Below are positions 48,505 to 57,784 of a stretch of DNA of 63,126 nt, one piece after another. The translations under genes and the position numbers were made by a program. Positions within the stretch are counted from its first letter, which is position 1, and the number at the start of each line of letters is the position of its first letter. The notes under the pieces are model-generated. The model did not search any database and was not told the origin of the DNA. It was given only the letters and a program-made list of their open reading frames with translations. Location: NCBI GenBank assembly GCA_964634305.1, contig CAZWLE010000005.1, positions 1 to 63,126 on the forward strand, read 5' to 3'. Origin of the DNA: an uncultured Candidatus Saccharibacteria bacterium. GTDB lineage: Bacteria; Patescibacteriota; Minisyncoccia; Phycocordibacterales; Phycocordibacteraceae.

Positions 48505-49680
48505 ATGGAAATGAAAACGACACTTGCTGCCGCACTATTGGCGGTTGTGGCGTTCTCGCCACTGTCGGCGAGCGCTGCAGAGGTATCAGGATGGATACCG
48601 TATTGGACCGTCTCTAAAGGAACCAAAGACGCACAGAAGCACCTCGACGTCATTGATACACTGCACCCCTTTAGCTTCTCTGTCTCAACCGATGGCAGTC
48701 TCAAAGATCTCGCGGGCATGGAGAAGAGTGCCTACAAGAAGCTGCTGCGCGAAGCAGAGAAGGAAGGCGTGGAAGTTATTCCCACGATTATGTGGAGTGC
48801 TACCCAGGATATTCACCGCATCCTCTCAAATAGTCGTCTTCGCGACAATCATATTGAAGAAATAGTGGAGATGGTAGAGGACGGCGGCTATGACGGTGTC
48901 GATATCGACTATGAAGGTAAGCTTGCGACGACCAAGCCCTTCTTCTCCACGTTTCTTAAAGAACTGAAGGCAGAACTTCCACGTGGGGCCGTGCTTTCCT
49001 GCACCATAGAGGCACGCACGCCACCAGATTCGCTCTACACCACCGTGCCAGCCACGATTGAGTACGCGAACGATTTCAAGGAAATCAACCGTTACTGTGA
49101 CCGGGTGAACATCATGACCTACGACCAGCAGCGTGCAGACCTCAAATTGAACGCAACGCGCAAAGGCATGCCGTACTATCCGGTTGCTGACATTGATTGG
49201 GTCAAGAAAGTAGTCGCGCTCACCACGAAGGATATTGATAAACGAAAGATTTCTCTTGGTGTTGCAACCTATGGACGTGAGGTGCAGGTACAAGTAGCAC
49301 CAGAGTGGTTTAAGACCTATACACAGCTCTGGTCGGTGTCTGACGACTACGCACGGGATACTGCGAAAAAGTACAAAGTCACTCCATGGCGCAACGGGGG
49401 TGGTGAACTGTCGTACTCATACATTGAGGACAAGAAGGTAGCTCGTGAGGTAGCGAAGATGGAGATTTCAAAGGCAGACGAGCGCAAAGACAAAATAGCT
49501 GCACAGGCACTCGCGTACGCTAACAAGACCGGGAAGACGATAACTATCAATATGGTCTCCTGGAGTGACGCAAAAGCAATCGCAGATAAGGTTGCGCTTG
49601 CCGATGCGCTTGGACTGAAGGGTATCGCTATCTTCAAGATTGACGGTGGTGAGGACATGGATCTTTGGGATGATCTCTAA
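48505..49680 (+). CDS. secreted GH18 glycoside hydrolase (chitinase/peptidoglycan hydrolase-like)
   Basis: Signal peptide (AAALLAVVAFSPLSASA). Catalytic DxxDxDxE motif as YDGVDIDYEG. Confidence 0.85.
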   Translation: MEMKTTLAAALLAVVAFSPLSASAAEVSGWIPYWTVSKGTKDAQKHLDVIDTLHPFSFSVSTDGSLKDLAGMEKSAYKKLLREAEKEGVEVIPTIMWSATQDIHRILSNSRLRDNHIEEIVEMVEDGGYDGVDIDYEGKLATTKPFFSTFLKELKAELPRGAVLSCTIEARTPPDSLYTTVPATIEYANDFKEINRYCDRVNIMTYDQQRADLKLNATRKGMPYYPVADIDWVKKVVALTTKDIDKRKISLGVATYGREVQVQVAPEWFKTYTQLWSVSDDYARDTAKKYKVTPWRNGGGELSYSYIEDKKVAREVAKMEISKADERKDKIAAQALAYANKTGKTITINMVSWSDAKAIADKVALADALGLKGIAIFKIDGGEDMDLWDDL

Positions 49681-49729
49681 TCCCCGTGCATAGTGGGTAA
49701 GGGTACGGTAGACTCTTCACAACGTTGGT

Positions 49730-50143
49730 ATGAAAAAAACGAAAGGGAAATACATCCCGGGTGGGTTTGATTTACGTGTAAAAAAATCTACCGCAGGCAA
49801 AGGTTTGTTTGCGGGTGAAGATATTCCCAAAGGCGCCTGCATTATCGAGTATGTCGGCCGTACGATTTCGAAAGAGGAGGAATATACCTCAAACAGTCTC
49901 TATCTCTTCGAGGTAACTAAACAGAAGACTATCGATGGTAAGCCAAAGTGGAATAAAGCCGGCTACATCAATCACTCATGCCGTGAGAATGCCGAAGCAA
50001 AGACCTACAAGGGACGTGTCTACATCGTCGCCGTCAAAAACATCAAGGCAGGAGAAGAAATTACCTATGACTATGGAAAGGAGTATTGGGAAGAACACAT
50101 ACAACCGAAAGGATGTCGTTGTCCCAAGTGTGCAGCTCGTTAA
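49730..50143 (+). CDS. SET-domain protein-lysine methyltransferase
   Basis: GKGLFAGEDI, YINHSCRENA (NHSC pseudoknot), EEITYDYG, and a post-SET Cys cluster CRCPKC. Confidence 0.85.
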   Translation: MKKTKGKYIPGGFDLRVKKSTAGKGLFAGEDIPKGACIIEYVGRTISKEEEYTSNSLYLFEVTKQKTIDGKPKWNKAGYINHSCRENAEAKTYKGRVYIVAVKNIKAGEEITYDYGKEYWEEHIQPKGCRCPKCAAR

Positions 50144-50152
50144 CAGGTAACG

Positions 50153-51184
50153 CTACTGTGTTTTTTCGTTCTGTGCTTCGAGCGCTTGCACTATCTCCGC
50201 GAGCTTTGCTTCCATACGCGCACGTTCAGCGTTGTTGAGTATGGTCGATTCATCCTCGATGACCTCGTCGACGGGCTCTTCAGGTCCTCCGGTGAAATTT
50301 TCATTATGGTCCGTCGACTGTGCTTCCGATACGTTCTGCTCATGCACTACGGGAGCTGCAGCTGTTTCTACGGGTGCGTAACGCGCGGTTCCCGCCTCTG
50401 GCGCTGATGCAGGTGCGCGACCTGCTGTGCCGTCTGATGGTGTAGGAATACGGTCAAGACGAGTGGTGGCCATTGCTTGCATGACTTCGCTTTCTGTTGC
50501 TCCAGGTATCGGTTCAAACTCTGGAATGACGCTGCCACTAATAGGCGCACGCTGCATCAGCGGAGTGTGTGCCGCGTTGTCGTGGGGCATTGCAGGTGAA
50601 AAGAACGCAGCAAATGCTGCCGCAGTCATAGCACGTAAACCACCTACACCTTTCTTTTGTTTTGGTCGTTTGCTAATAGGTACTGTTTCATCCGGCACTC
50701 TTTCTCGTACCATTTTCGTTCCTGATTCATCAATTTTCACCCGAAAGCCAAGGCGCGCGATGTCGTCATGCATGCCCAATTCGTGCAATTTCTGCAGCAC
50801 TGGTTCTATAGAGGTCTCATAAAAACCACTGCGAATAAGGCACGCGCCTGGGTCGCGATTATGTTCTTCACAACGAGTCAGGAAATTATTAACTGCTTCT
50901 GTCCATTTTTCTTTTCCTTTCGTATGAAGCTTAGGAGTATCAGCGGTTTGGAGGTGCTTTAGAAACTCGGCACTTGCCAGCTCAACGCGCGACCGTGCAG
51001 CCCGCATTTGTAAATTATTTGTATGCACTTCTAGTTCTCTAGGGTCTACAGGTGGAGGAGTGCCAAATCCTTCGAAGGCGTCTGGCGGAAGAGGGGTCTG
51101 CTCACGTTCCATTGGACGTGCATACGGAAGCATAGTCTCCCGCGAGGTATGTGATGGTGGACGTGGGCCTTCAGGAGAACTCAT
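50153..51184 (-). CDS. Pro/Ala-rich hypothetical protein (343 aa)
   Basis: Long ORF with coherent coding-like composition and no recognisable domain. C-terminal coiled-coil-like segment. Confidence 0.5.
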   Translation of the reverse strand: MSSPEGPRPPSHTSRETMLPYARPMEREQTPLPPDAFEGFGTPPPVDPRELEVHTNNLQMRAARSRVELASAEFLKHLQTADTPKLHTKGKEKWTEAVNNFLTRCEEHNRDPGACLIRSGFYETSIEPVLQKLHELGMHDDIARLGFRVKIDESGTKMVRERVPDETVPISKRPKQKKGVGGLRAMTAAAFAAFFSPAMPHDNAAHTPLMQRAPISGSVIPEFEPIPGATESEVMQAMATTRLDRIPTPSDGTAGRAPASAPEAGTARYAPVETAAAPVVHEQNVSEAQSTDHNENFTGGPEEPVDEVIEDESTILNNAERARMEAKLAEIVQALEAQNEKTQ

Positions 51185-51196
51185 ATCAGTAGTATC

Positions 51197-51964
51197 TCAG
51201 AGGATGAACAGTGCGAAAAGAGCCGCAATAAGAATTCGATAGATACCAAAGCCGATGAATGAATGTTTCTTCACGTATGAGAGCGCAAACCGGATGACGA
51301 CGAGCGCTACGAGAAACGCCGTGACAAACCCGACGGCGAGCAAACTAAGATTTGTTCCCATAAGGGCCTCCGGTGTCTTGTAGAGGTCGTACACCGTTGC
51401 CATAAGCATCGTTGGCACTGCTAGAAGGAAAGAAAAGGTGAGTATTGCGGTGCGCGGAATATTCATAAGGAGACCGCCCATGACCGTTGCACCTGAACGT
51501 GAGACACCGGGAATAACCGCTAAGGATTGTGCGAGACCTACCAAAAATGACTGAAGATAGGTCATATCAGTTACGGCGCCTTCTGCGCGTGCCGTATCTC
51601 GCTTCCACCATTCAATGGCGATGATAGCGACACCGCCAAGGGCGAGTGCCCACACGACGATAGTGCTATTGCCAATGAGGTAACCCTTGATGAATGAATA
51701 GAGAAGAAAGCCAATGACTCCCGTTGGTATGAACGCCACAACAAGACGCTTTAATACCGCTATGTCGAGGAAGGAGCGCCAGAACAGCACTACAACCGCA
51801 AGGATAGAGCCAAGTTGAATCGCAATCTCAAACGATTTGAACGCTTCCGTCTGGGGGATGCCCAACAGCGTACTTACGAGAATCAGGTGTCCGGTAGAGG
51901 AGACGGGGAGGAACTCGGTAAGGCCCTCAACGACACCGAGGATGATGCTGTCGAGGTAGGTCAT
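51197..51964 (-). CDS. uppP: undecaprenyl-diphosphate phosphatase
   Basis: VEGLTEFLPVSSTGHL and PGVSRSG motifs. 7-8 TM helices. Confidence 0.92.
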   Translation of the reverse strand: MTYLDSIILGVVEGLTEFLPVSSTGHLILVSTLLGIPQTEAFKSFEIAIQLGSILAVVVLFWRSFLDIAVLKRLVVAFIPTGVIGFLLYSFIKGYLIGNSTIVVWALALGGVAIIAIEWWKRDTARAEGAVTDMTYLQSFLVGLAQSLAVIPGVSRSGATVMGGLLMNIPRTAILTFSFLLAVPTMLMATVYDLYKTPEALMGTNLSLLAVGFVTAFLVALVVIRFALSYVKKHSFIGFGIYRILIAALFALFIL

Positions 51965-52039
51965 GGCGAAAGTATACCGTAGTAGCGAGTGTTTAAAGTG
52001 AGAGGCCCGCCCGCGGTTCTGCGGGAAGGCCTCTTACGT

Positions 52040-52372
52040 TCAGCGTCGAAATAGCTCTGGGTTTCTGTATTCGCAGAGTCCAGAGTCACGAGCGGCAATT
52101 ACCGCCGCGTTTACCGTGTCACCGCGCAGTGCTGCTCTGCGGTCGTGTTCCTCCCCCGACGAAGCATCGGCGGGGAGGGGCAGATGTTGAGCAGCGTTGT
52201 CGATGCTAAATGCCGCTGCTGGTGTACAGCGTACAATGGCAATCATTGCGGGAATGACGACGCGTTCTTCAGTTGTTGCAGGTGGAGTCATGCGCAAGGA
52301 CACCGTTCTCACCTCTTGGGCGAATGACGGTGTGCCTGCCAACAACACTCCAACAAGAACCAGGCTCTTCAT
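52040..52372 (-). CDS. small secreted protein (110 aa)
   Basis: Signal peptide MKSLVLVGVLLAGTPSFA/QE. No recognisable domain. Confidence 0.4.
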   Translation of the reverse strand: MKSLVLVGVLLAGTPSFAQEVRTVSLRMTPPATTEERVVIPAMIAIVRCTPAAAFSIDNAAQHLPLPADASSGEEHDRRAALRGDTVNAAVIAARDSGLCEYRNPELFRR

Positions 52373-52483
52373 GGGGATTACCCTCCGTGGCCGATAAATG
52401 AGTTATACCACATATATCGTTTTTTACAAATATGACGGTAGCTTCATCTTCGCTCCACCACCTGGACGGTATATCCTGAAGCA

Positions 52484-53350
52484 ATGCCCCCTCCATCATC
52501 CATGGCGCTCGGCGCAATTGTGAATGTTGCTAGTGGAAGTGCTGATGCGTCTACGGCAGAAAAATTACGTGCACTCCTTACTGACCTTGGCGTGCATGAG
52601 CCTCGTATATGGGAAGTCGATGCTGACGGACTAGTTGCTGCACTCGAGGAAGCAAACAATGCAGGCCTCGATGCACTCATTGTCTATGGCGGTGACGGGA
52701 CGATACGTACGGCTGCAGAATCGTGTAGAGAAGACGGTCCTGCACTCATTCCGCTTCCGGGCGGGACGATGAACCTCTTACCAAAAGCACTCTACGGTGA
52801 CCAATCGTGGGAAGACATCCTTCGCGCAACACTCGCGAACCCAGTCGTAAAAGACGTATCTGGTGGACGCGTAGGGGAGGAACGATTTTTTATTGCGGCG
52901 ATTCTTGGTGCCCCAACCGTGTTTGTAAAAGCACGTGAGGCGTTGCGACAAGGAGCAGTCGGTGCGGCAGTTGAGCATGGAAGAGAAGCACTCGCGACAA
53001 TGCAGAATGCAAAGGTAAACTACGAGTTTAATGAAATGCATACGGGAACGGCTGACGCGCTCGTTCTGACCTGCCCACTCGTTTCTGAGTCGCTTGACGA
53101 TGACCGACGTGCGCTTGAGGCAGCGGTGATTGATGTAGAGAGCGCGGAGGCGGCCGTGCAGCTTGCTACCGCTGCAGCATTTGGAAATTGGCGTGACGCT
53201 CGTAATGTCGCTATTGTCGCAACTAAACAAGTGAAGGCAGATGTAGAAGGTGGTGTCCCTATGCTTCTCGACGGTGAGCCGGTAGAAGGGGACTCAGCAC
53301 TCGTGATTGAATTTGTGCCTCATGCGTTTCGTGCGCTGGTTCCCGCATGA
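52484..53350 (+). CDS. diacylglycerol kinase catalytic-domain (YegS/LCB5-like) lipid kinase
   Basis: IVYGGDGTIRTAAE (GGDGT) and LPGGTMNL. An alternative ATG lies at 52502. Confidence 0.8.
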   Translation: MPPPSSMALGAIVNVASGSADASTAEKLRALLTDLGVHEPRIWEVDADGLVAALEEANNAGLDALIVYGGDGTIRTAAESCREDGPALIPLPGGTMNLLPKALYGDQSWEDILRATLANPVVKDVSGGRVGEERFFIAAILGAPTVFVKAREALRQGAVGAAVEHGREALATMQNAKVNYEFNEMHTGTADALVLTCPLVSESLDDDRRALEAAVIDVESAEAAVQLATAAAFGNWRDARNVAIVATKQVKADVEGGVPMLLDGEPVEGDSALVIEFVPHAFRALVPA

Positions 53351-53940
53351 GGTATTTCCTAGACTTCGACCGCACTATTTTTGACACACCCGCATTTAAG
53401 CGGAGTGTGCAGCGTCACCCTCCGCTTCTTGAGGTGTTAACTCAGGCGAAAGACGTACTGATTGCGCTTATCTCACCGAGAGTGAATTCAGAACCACGTC
53501 TTCGTGCGTTTCGTAGAGCACTTGGCACCTATGCAAGTCACGGTCGGTTTCTCTTCACCCCTCATGACCTGAAGTCATTTTTGTATCCTGAAGTCCCTGC
53601 GTTTCTTGATACGCATGAGTGCGTCATCGTTACTTACGGCGTTGAAATGTTCATACGCGCCAAGGTAGCGAGTGCCCTTACTGACCTCAAAGTGCTCGAC
53701 GTGGTGTACACGAGCCGCAAGAAAGGGAGAACGATTCGTCGCCTTACCGAAGACCAATCAGTAGGACCCTTTGTGTTTATTGATGACGCACACTTTCAAT
53801 TAGAGTCCGTCGCACGGTGGTGTCCGGAGGTGAAAGTAATAGAAATACGACGCGACAGTATTCCAAGTGATGGACGCTGGCCCGTGATTCGTTCGCTCGA
53901 CGAGCTTACGGATACCACTCGAGGAGTGTCACCTGTATAG
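53347..53940 (+). CDS. HAD-like hypothetical protein
   Basis: N-terminal LDFDRTIFDT (DxDxT) and late FIDDAHF. ATGA overlap with the upstream gene. Confidence 0.45.
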   Translation: MRYFLDFDRTIFDTPAFKRSVQRHPPLLEVLTQAKDVLIALISPRVNSEPRLRAFRRALGTYASHGRFLFTPHDLKSFLYPEVPAFLDTHECVIVTYGVEMFIRAKVASALTDLKVLDVVYTSRKKGRTIRRLTEDQSVGPFVFIDDAHFQLESVARWCPEVKVIEIRRDSIPSDGRWPVIRSLDELTDTTRGVSPV

Positions 53941-54682
53941 CAGGGTCGCCTGCAGCTACGAGGTCTTTGAAGCGCTGCACATCAGCGAGACCGTCTTGGC
54001 CGCGATAGTGATAGGGGATGACCGCTGCTGGCTTCATCTCAATGACGCCCGTAGCCGCTTCATCGACACTCATGGTGAAGGGAAGATTCATAGGTACGAG
54101 CGCAAGGTCTACATCATTCATAGAACGGAACTCAGGCGTTGCGGCAGTATCACCAGCAACATAGAGGCGGTAGCCATCTCGTTCAATCACGTATCCGTTA
54201 CCACGTCCCTTCGTATGACGGTCATGATTCTCTGCGTCCGGAAGGTTGTACATCGGTACGGCGGTAATGGTGAAGTCGAGCGCTGTCGTTGATTCACCAT
54301 TAGCGAGCACGGTTGCGCGTGAGCGCTGTGCTTCTGGCAGAAGGTCGGCGACGGCTTGCGGAACGATAAGCGTTGCGTTGCCAAGTACTGCCTCGAGCGT
54401 TGATGTGCTGAGGTGGTCACCATGCATGTCAGTAATCAAAATGATGTCGGCAGATGGTTGACCGGCGAATGCTTCGGTACCGCCAATGGGGTCAAGGTAG
54501 ATACTTGCTTCATCAAAGCGGACCACGGCAGTCGCGTGTTCAATCGGAATAATCTCTACTGAGGGGGTACCGGTGCGCATACTATTGTCTCCTTGCTTTT
54601 CAGAATAAATATATGAGTTTAGTGCCGTAAACAGAATAAGTAGCACGAAGAGAATGCCAAGTATGGCAAGGGCGGGTTTCAT
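53906..54682 (-). CDS. MBL-fold metallo-hydrolase, N-terminal anchor/signal
   Basis: ILITDMHGDH (HxHxDH-type motif) and a later GDT...H pattern. Confidence 0.82.
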   Translation of the reverse strand: MKPALAILGILFVLLILFTALNSYIYSEKQGDNSMRTGTPSVEIIPIEHATAVVRFDEASIYLDPIGGTEAFAGQPSADIILITDMHGDHLSTSTLEAVLGNATLIVPQAVADLLPEAQRSRATVLANGESTTALDFTITAVPMYNLPDAENHDRHTKGRGNGYVIERDGYRLYVAGDTAATPEFRSMNDVDLALVPMNLPFTMSVDEAATGVIEMKPAAVIPYHYRGQDGLADVQRFKDLVAAGDPAIQVTLLEWYP

Positions 54683-54725
54683 CCCTGCACGATACCACTC
54701 TACGGGATGAGGGGAGTATGAACAG

Positions 54726-54750
54726 GAAACGGGGCCCGAGGCCCCGTTTC
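54726..54750 (-). terminator. terminator downstream of the 44-aa basic ORF
   Basis: gaaacggggcc-cga-ggccccgtttc, an 11-bp stem that includes the A/U tracts. Confidence 0.65.
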
Positions 54751-54751
54751 T

Positions 54752-54886
54752 CTATCGCTTCTTTGCGCGCTTCTTGCCCGTGCTCTTTGCAGCAAGCATG
54801 GTTGCTTTTGCTGCAAGGCGCTTCGCCGTCTTTTTACGAGGCTTGTGCCGTTTTGGCGTGACGCCGTGAGTTCGTTTCTGCCACAT
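54752..54886 (-). CDS. 44-aa highly basic ORF (hypothetical)
   Basis: My own translation gives MWQKRTHGVTPKRHKPRKKTAKRLAAKATMLAAKSTGKKRAKKR. A terminator follows 1 nt after the stop. No clear Shine-Dalgarno. Confidence 0.3.
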   Translation of the reverse strand: MWQKRTHGVTPKRHKPRKKTAKRLAAKATMLAAKSTGKKRAKKR

Positions 54887-54974
54887 GGTGGTATGTATTC
54901 GTTAGTGCCTAGAGAGGATACTACGAGAGGGCCAAAGGCAGAAGAGGGGTCATTCGCGTATAGTATCGAGACCT

Positions 54975-55766
54975 ATGAGCACCTGGAAAGACCGTGCAAT
55001 GGAGCTTTGGCACTTTGGTATCGCAAACGCACGCGCCAGCTACTTCGGGGCGTTTCTCCTTGCGACCTTTCTCCTTACGGAGCTTGTTACGATTCCGTTT
55101 TTGAGTCGCTACGACTTCATTTTCCTTGCGGCTATTTTGTTTCAGCTCTGTGCACTTCTCTTTAAATGGGAGAGTCTACGAGAGTTCTTCGTTATCTTCC
55201 TCTTCCATATGGTTGCCACCGTCATGGAGCTCTTTAAGACAAACCCAGAAATTGGCTCGTGGTTTTATCCGGGCCTTTCCGGCACCATCTTCGCCCTCGC
55301 AACCGTTCCACTCTTTACGGGCTTCTTGTATTCGGCGGTAGGGAGCTACATCTCGCGTGCCTTCGTGTTTTTGAATCTCTCGTTCGAGCGATTTCCGGCG
55401 TACTACCACCTCTGGATTCTCGCTGTTCTTATCTACGTGAACTTCTTCACGCACCACTACGTATTCGATATTCGCTACCTGCTATTCGCTTATATCATCG
55501 TCATCTTCGGTAGAACGATGATACGATTCCGCGTTCACAAGAAAGAGCGCTCGATGCCGTTCCTGTTAGCCGCACTGCTCACTGCAGGGTTTGTATGGCT
55601 TGCAGAAAATATTGGTACCTTCACACGTATCTGGCTCTATCCAAGTCAGATACAGGAATGGCATTTGGTATCAGTAGAGAAACTAGGTTCCTGGTTCCTC
55701 CTCCTTGTTCTTAGCTTTGCGTTGGTTTCAATTATCTATAGAGATAGGTTACAGCGCACCAATTAA
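54975..55766 (+). CDS. DUF817-like integral membrane protein
   Basis: About 8 TM helices. Blocks YVNFFTHHY and WLAENIGTFTRIWLYPSQ match what I remember of DUF817/YoaT. This rests on memory, not a search. Confidence 0.5.
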   Translation: MSTWKDRAMELWHFGIANARASYFGAFLLATFLLTELVTIPFLSRYDFIFLAAILFQLCALLFKWESLREFFVIFLFHMVATVMELFKTNPEIGSWFYPGLSGTIFALATVPLFTGFLYSAVGSYISRAFVFLNLSFERFPAYYHLWILAVLIYVNFFTHHYVFDIRYLLFAYIIVIFGRTMIRFRVHKKERSMPFLLAALLTAGFVWLAENIGTFTRIWLYPSQIQEWHLVSVEKLGSWFLLLVLSFALVSIIYRDRLQRTN

Positions 55767-55857
55767 GACGGCTTTGTCAACGTTCGTATTGTTCTGGGTG
55801 CGTGATAGGCTGCGGCCCATACCGTCACGCAACCCTGCATGACGGTAGACATAAGGG

Positions 55858-56931
55858 GTGATACCCATGCTCATCGACAATACTGCCGATAAACAGCTTC
55901 GTCAGGCACTCCCGCCCGGCGAGGTACGGGCGCTCGACAGGGCGCTCGAAGCCATTGGCTGTGGACAACACGATGTCGTGCTTACGCCACTCAAAACGCA
56001 ACCGGCTCCGCGCGATGATGAAAATCGGGCTGCCATACGGTTCACACAGTATGGCGATAATCAGTTGTTGTTCTCGATGAAAAATCGAGGCTCGCTGACG
56101 GAATTCTATTGCCGTCTCGACTTCAAGAAAATGCCCGTCCCAGGTCTGCAAATGCGCGAGGTCCAAAGGCTTCTCAGCAATGCACTCAAGGAATCGGGTT
56201 ACGGCACTCCGTCGGCTGAAGAACGTCAGCAGACACCAGCAGCGCCGGCTACAGCATCACGTGTTTCGCCGCAAAGCGACGTGCGTGAAGTGCGCGAGGT
56301 GCCAAAGGTTATCACGCCTGCACCACCTCTCGCACAACAAGACGAGGACGATGAAGTCGAATCGCCGGCTCAAACGCTTGCGAGGAAGGGCTTCGTTAAT
56401 CGGGACTATGAAGTTCGGGCGTTTCTGGTGAATCTCGCCAAAACGCACGGTACAGACCCCTACGAACGCAAAGTCGTGCGCACCGCGCTTTCCGAATGCT
56501 TCGGCACGAAGGTTGGCGCCGGTATCGTCGTGACCCATCTCATCAGGAAGGGTTACTTCGTTCAGGTGGACAAGAAGCTCAGGGCAATCAAACCTGATGA
56601 GCCCCCTGTTCCATACAGCGGGGAAATAGGTACGCCGACAACGCCAACACTGCCGGATGATGACCCAATCGTTGTCCGACAGCGTCAGGTTGCGGCTATG
56701 TTCGATCGTGAAGTCGCCAAGAAAGCCGGCTTGGCCGGAAAAAAGGCAGAGCTCAGCGAGCTGCTTCGGCAGCAAGAAGAGCTTGCGACACGTATCGCAC
56801 AAAAGCGCGAAGAGGTCGAAACTGATGAAGCAACCGTCCTCTCTGAGGATACGCTTGCTGAATTCGACAAATTGCTTCTTCGTCTCGGTAATTCGCACCC
56901 GCAGCTTGTTCGGGAGCTCAAGGCTTCCTAA
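55858..56931 (+). CDS. hypothetical protein (357 aa), acidic linker and C-terminal coiled coil
   Basis: Long ORF with a terminator after the stop. No recognisable catalytic motif. Confidence 0.5.
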   Translation: MIPMLIDNTADKQLRQALPPGEVRALDRALEAIGCGQHDVVLTPLKTQPAPRDDENRAAIRFTQYGDNQLLFSMKNRGSLTEFYCRLDFKKMPVPGLQMREVQRLLSNALKESGYGTPSAEERQQTPAAPATASRVSPQSDVREVREVPKVITPAPPLAQQDEDDEVESPAQTLARKGFVNRDYEVRAFLVNLAKTHGTDPYERKVVRTALSECFGTKVGAGIVVTHLIRKGYFVQVDKKLRAIKPDEPPVPYSGEIGTPTTPTLPDDDPIVVRQRQVAAMFDREVAKKAGLAGKKAELSELLRQQEELATRIAQKREEVETDEATVLSEDTLAEFDKLLLRLGNSHPQLVRELKAS

Positions 56932-56954
56932 ACGTGCATGCAGTTGCGTCCTCC

Positions 56955-56985
56955 TAAGAGGCCCGCCAGAATCGCGGGCCTCTTA
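56955..56985. terminator. hairpin terminator
   Basis: taagaggcccgc-cagaatc-gcgggcctctta, a 12-bp stem. Confidence 0.7.
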
Positions 56986-57039
56986 TAGTTTTATGCTTTT
57001 TTAACTGAATACCGGTATATTCCGATGTTCTGTTATATG

Positions 57040-57111
57040 CTCCGCGACCAGGACTCGAACCTGGAACCAACTCCTTAACAGGGAGCTGCTCTACCATTGA
57101 GCTATCGCGGA
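57040..57111 (-). tRNA. tRNA-Asn (anticodon GTT)
   Basis: Minus strand: TCCGCGA-TA-GCTC-AATGGTA-GAGC-A-GCTCC-CTGTTAA-GGAGT-TGGT-TCCAG-GTTCGAG-TCCTGG-TCGCGGA-G. 7-bp acceptor stem, CU-GUU-AA anticodon loop, GTTCGAGTC T-loop. No encoded CCA. Confidence 0.9.
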
Positions 57112-57194
57112 ATGTAGGGGCATTCTAGCTGAAAACCGCGAATCGGCAATATTCACTTGTCCCTCATCGAGGGTGTAGGTATTCTGTAGGGAGC

Positions 57195-57557
57195 ATGGAT
57201 ATTTCCTGGAAACACACACGTTGCGAACCTGAGCCAAAGCTTATTCAGGAGACCGCAGGGAAACTCAGAAAGCTTGAGCGCTTCTTACCAAATCATGAAG
57301 CGGCACTCGCATCGATTGAGCTTGAACGGGCGGTGGGAGGTCAGCAGAAAGGTGATATTTGGCGTGCAGAAATAACTGTTCGCCATCATGGTGAGCAATA
57401 TCGTGCTGAATCAACCAAAGCAAAGCTCGACCACGCGGTAACAACAGTGCTCCGTGATATTGCTGGTGAGATGCGTCGTGCCGGCAAGAAGCGAAAGGAT
57501 GAACCAAAAGAAGCCGGCGCAGGATTCAAAGCACTACTTCGTGGTTTTAGTAATTAA
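57195..57557 (+). CDS. hpf: ribosome hibernation factor (HPF/YfiA family, short form)
   Basis: A 120-aa ORF with the length and layout of short-form HPF/YfiA proteins. It has a basic C-terminal tail and no long-form dimerisation domain. Confidence 0.8.
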   Translation: MDISWKHTRCEPEPKLIQETAGKLRKLERFLPNHEAALASIELERAVGGQQKGDIWRAEITVRHHGEQYRAESTKAKLDHAVTTVLRDIAGEMRRAGKKRKDEPKEAGAGFKALLRGFSN

Positions 57558-57562
57558 TCGGT

Positions 57563-57784
57563 ATGTACGTTCGTGTTGAAGTGCGTCCTGGGGCGCGGAA
57601 GGAAAGCCTGCTCCAAACAGACGAAAAGACCTACACGATTGCGGTCAAAGAACCCGCAGCACAAAACCTCGCGAACGCACGTGTTCGTGAGGTGCTTGCT
57701 CATCACTTATCCCTTCCGATAGGGAAGATACAAATGATTTCTGGGCATCGTTCGCCTCGGAAGATTTTTGAAATTGCGCACTAA
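57563..57784 (+). CDS. DUF167 (YggU-like) protein
   Basis: VRVEVRPGARKESL...IAVKEPAAQNLANARVREVLAHHL...SGHRSPRKIFEI. Confidence 0.8.
   Translation: MYVRVEVRPGARKESLLQTDEKTYTIAVKEPAAQNLANARVREVLAHHLSLPIGKIQMISGHRSPRKIFEIAH

Noticed and set aside
53906-53940. 35-bp convergent overlap between the HAD-like gene and the MBL hydrolase as a sign of frameshift or pseudogene.
   Set aside because: Both ORFs are intact with complete motifs. Convergent overlaps of this size occur in compact genomes, and nothing in the sequence indicates a disruption.
54752-54886. The 44-aa basic ORF as ribosomal protein bL34, because of KRTHG.
   Set aside because: It lacks the rest of the bL34 signature (HGF..RM.T..GR.VL..RR.KGR). 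It is kept only as an unassigned basic ORF.
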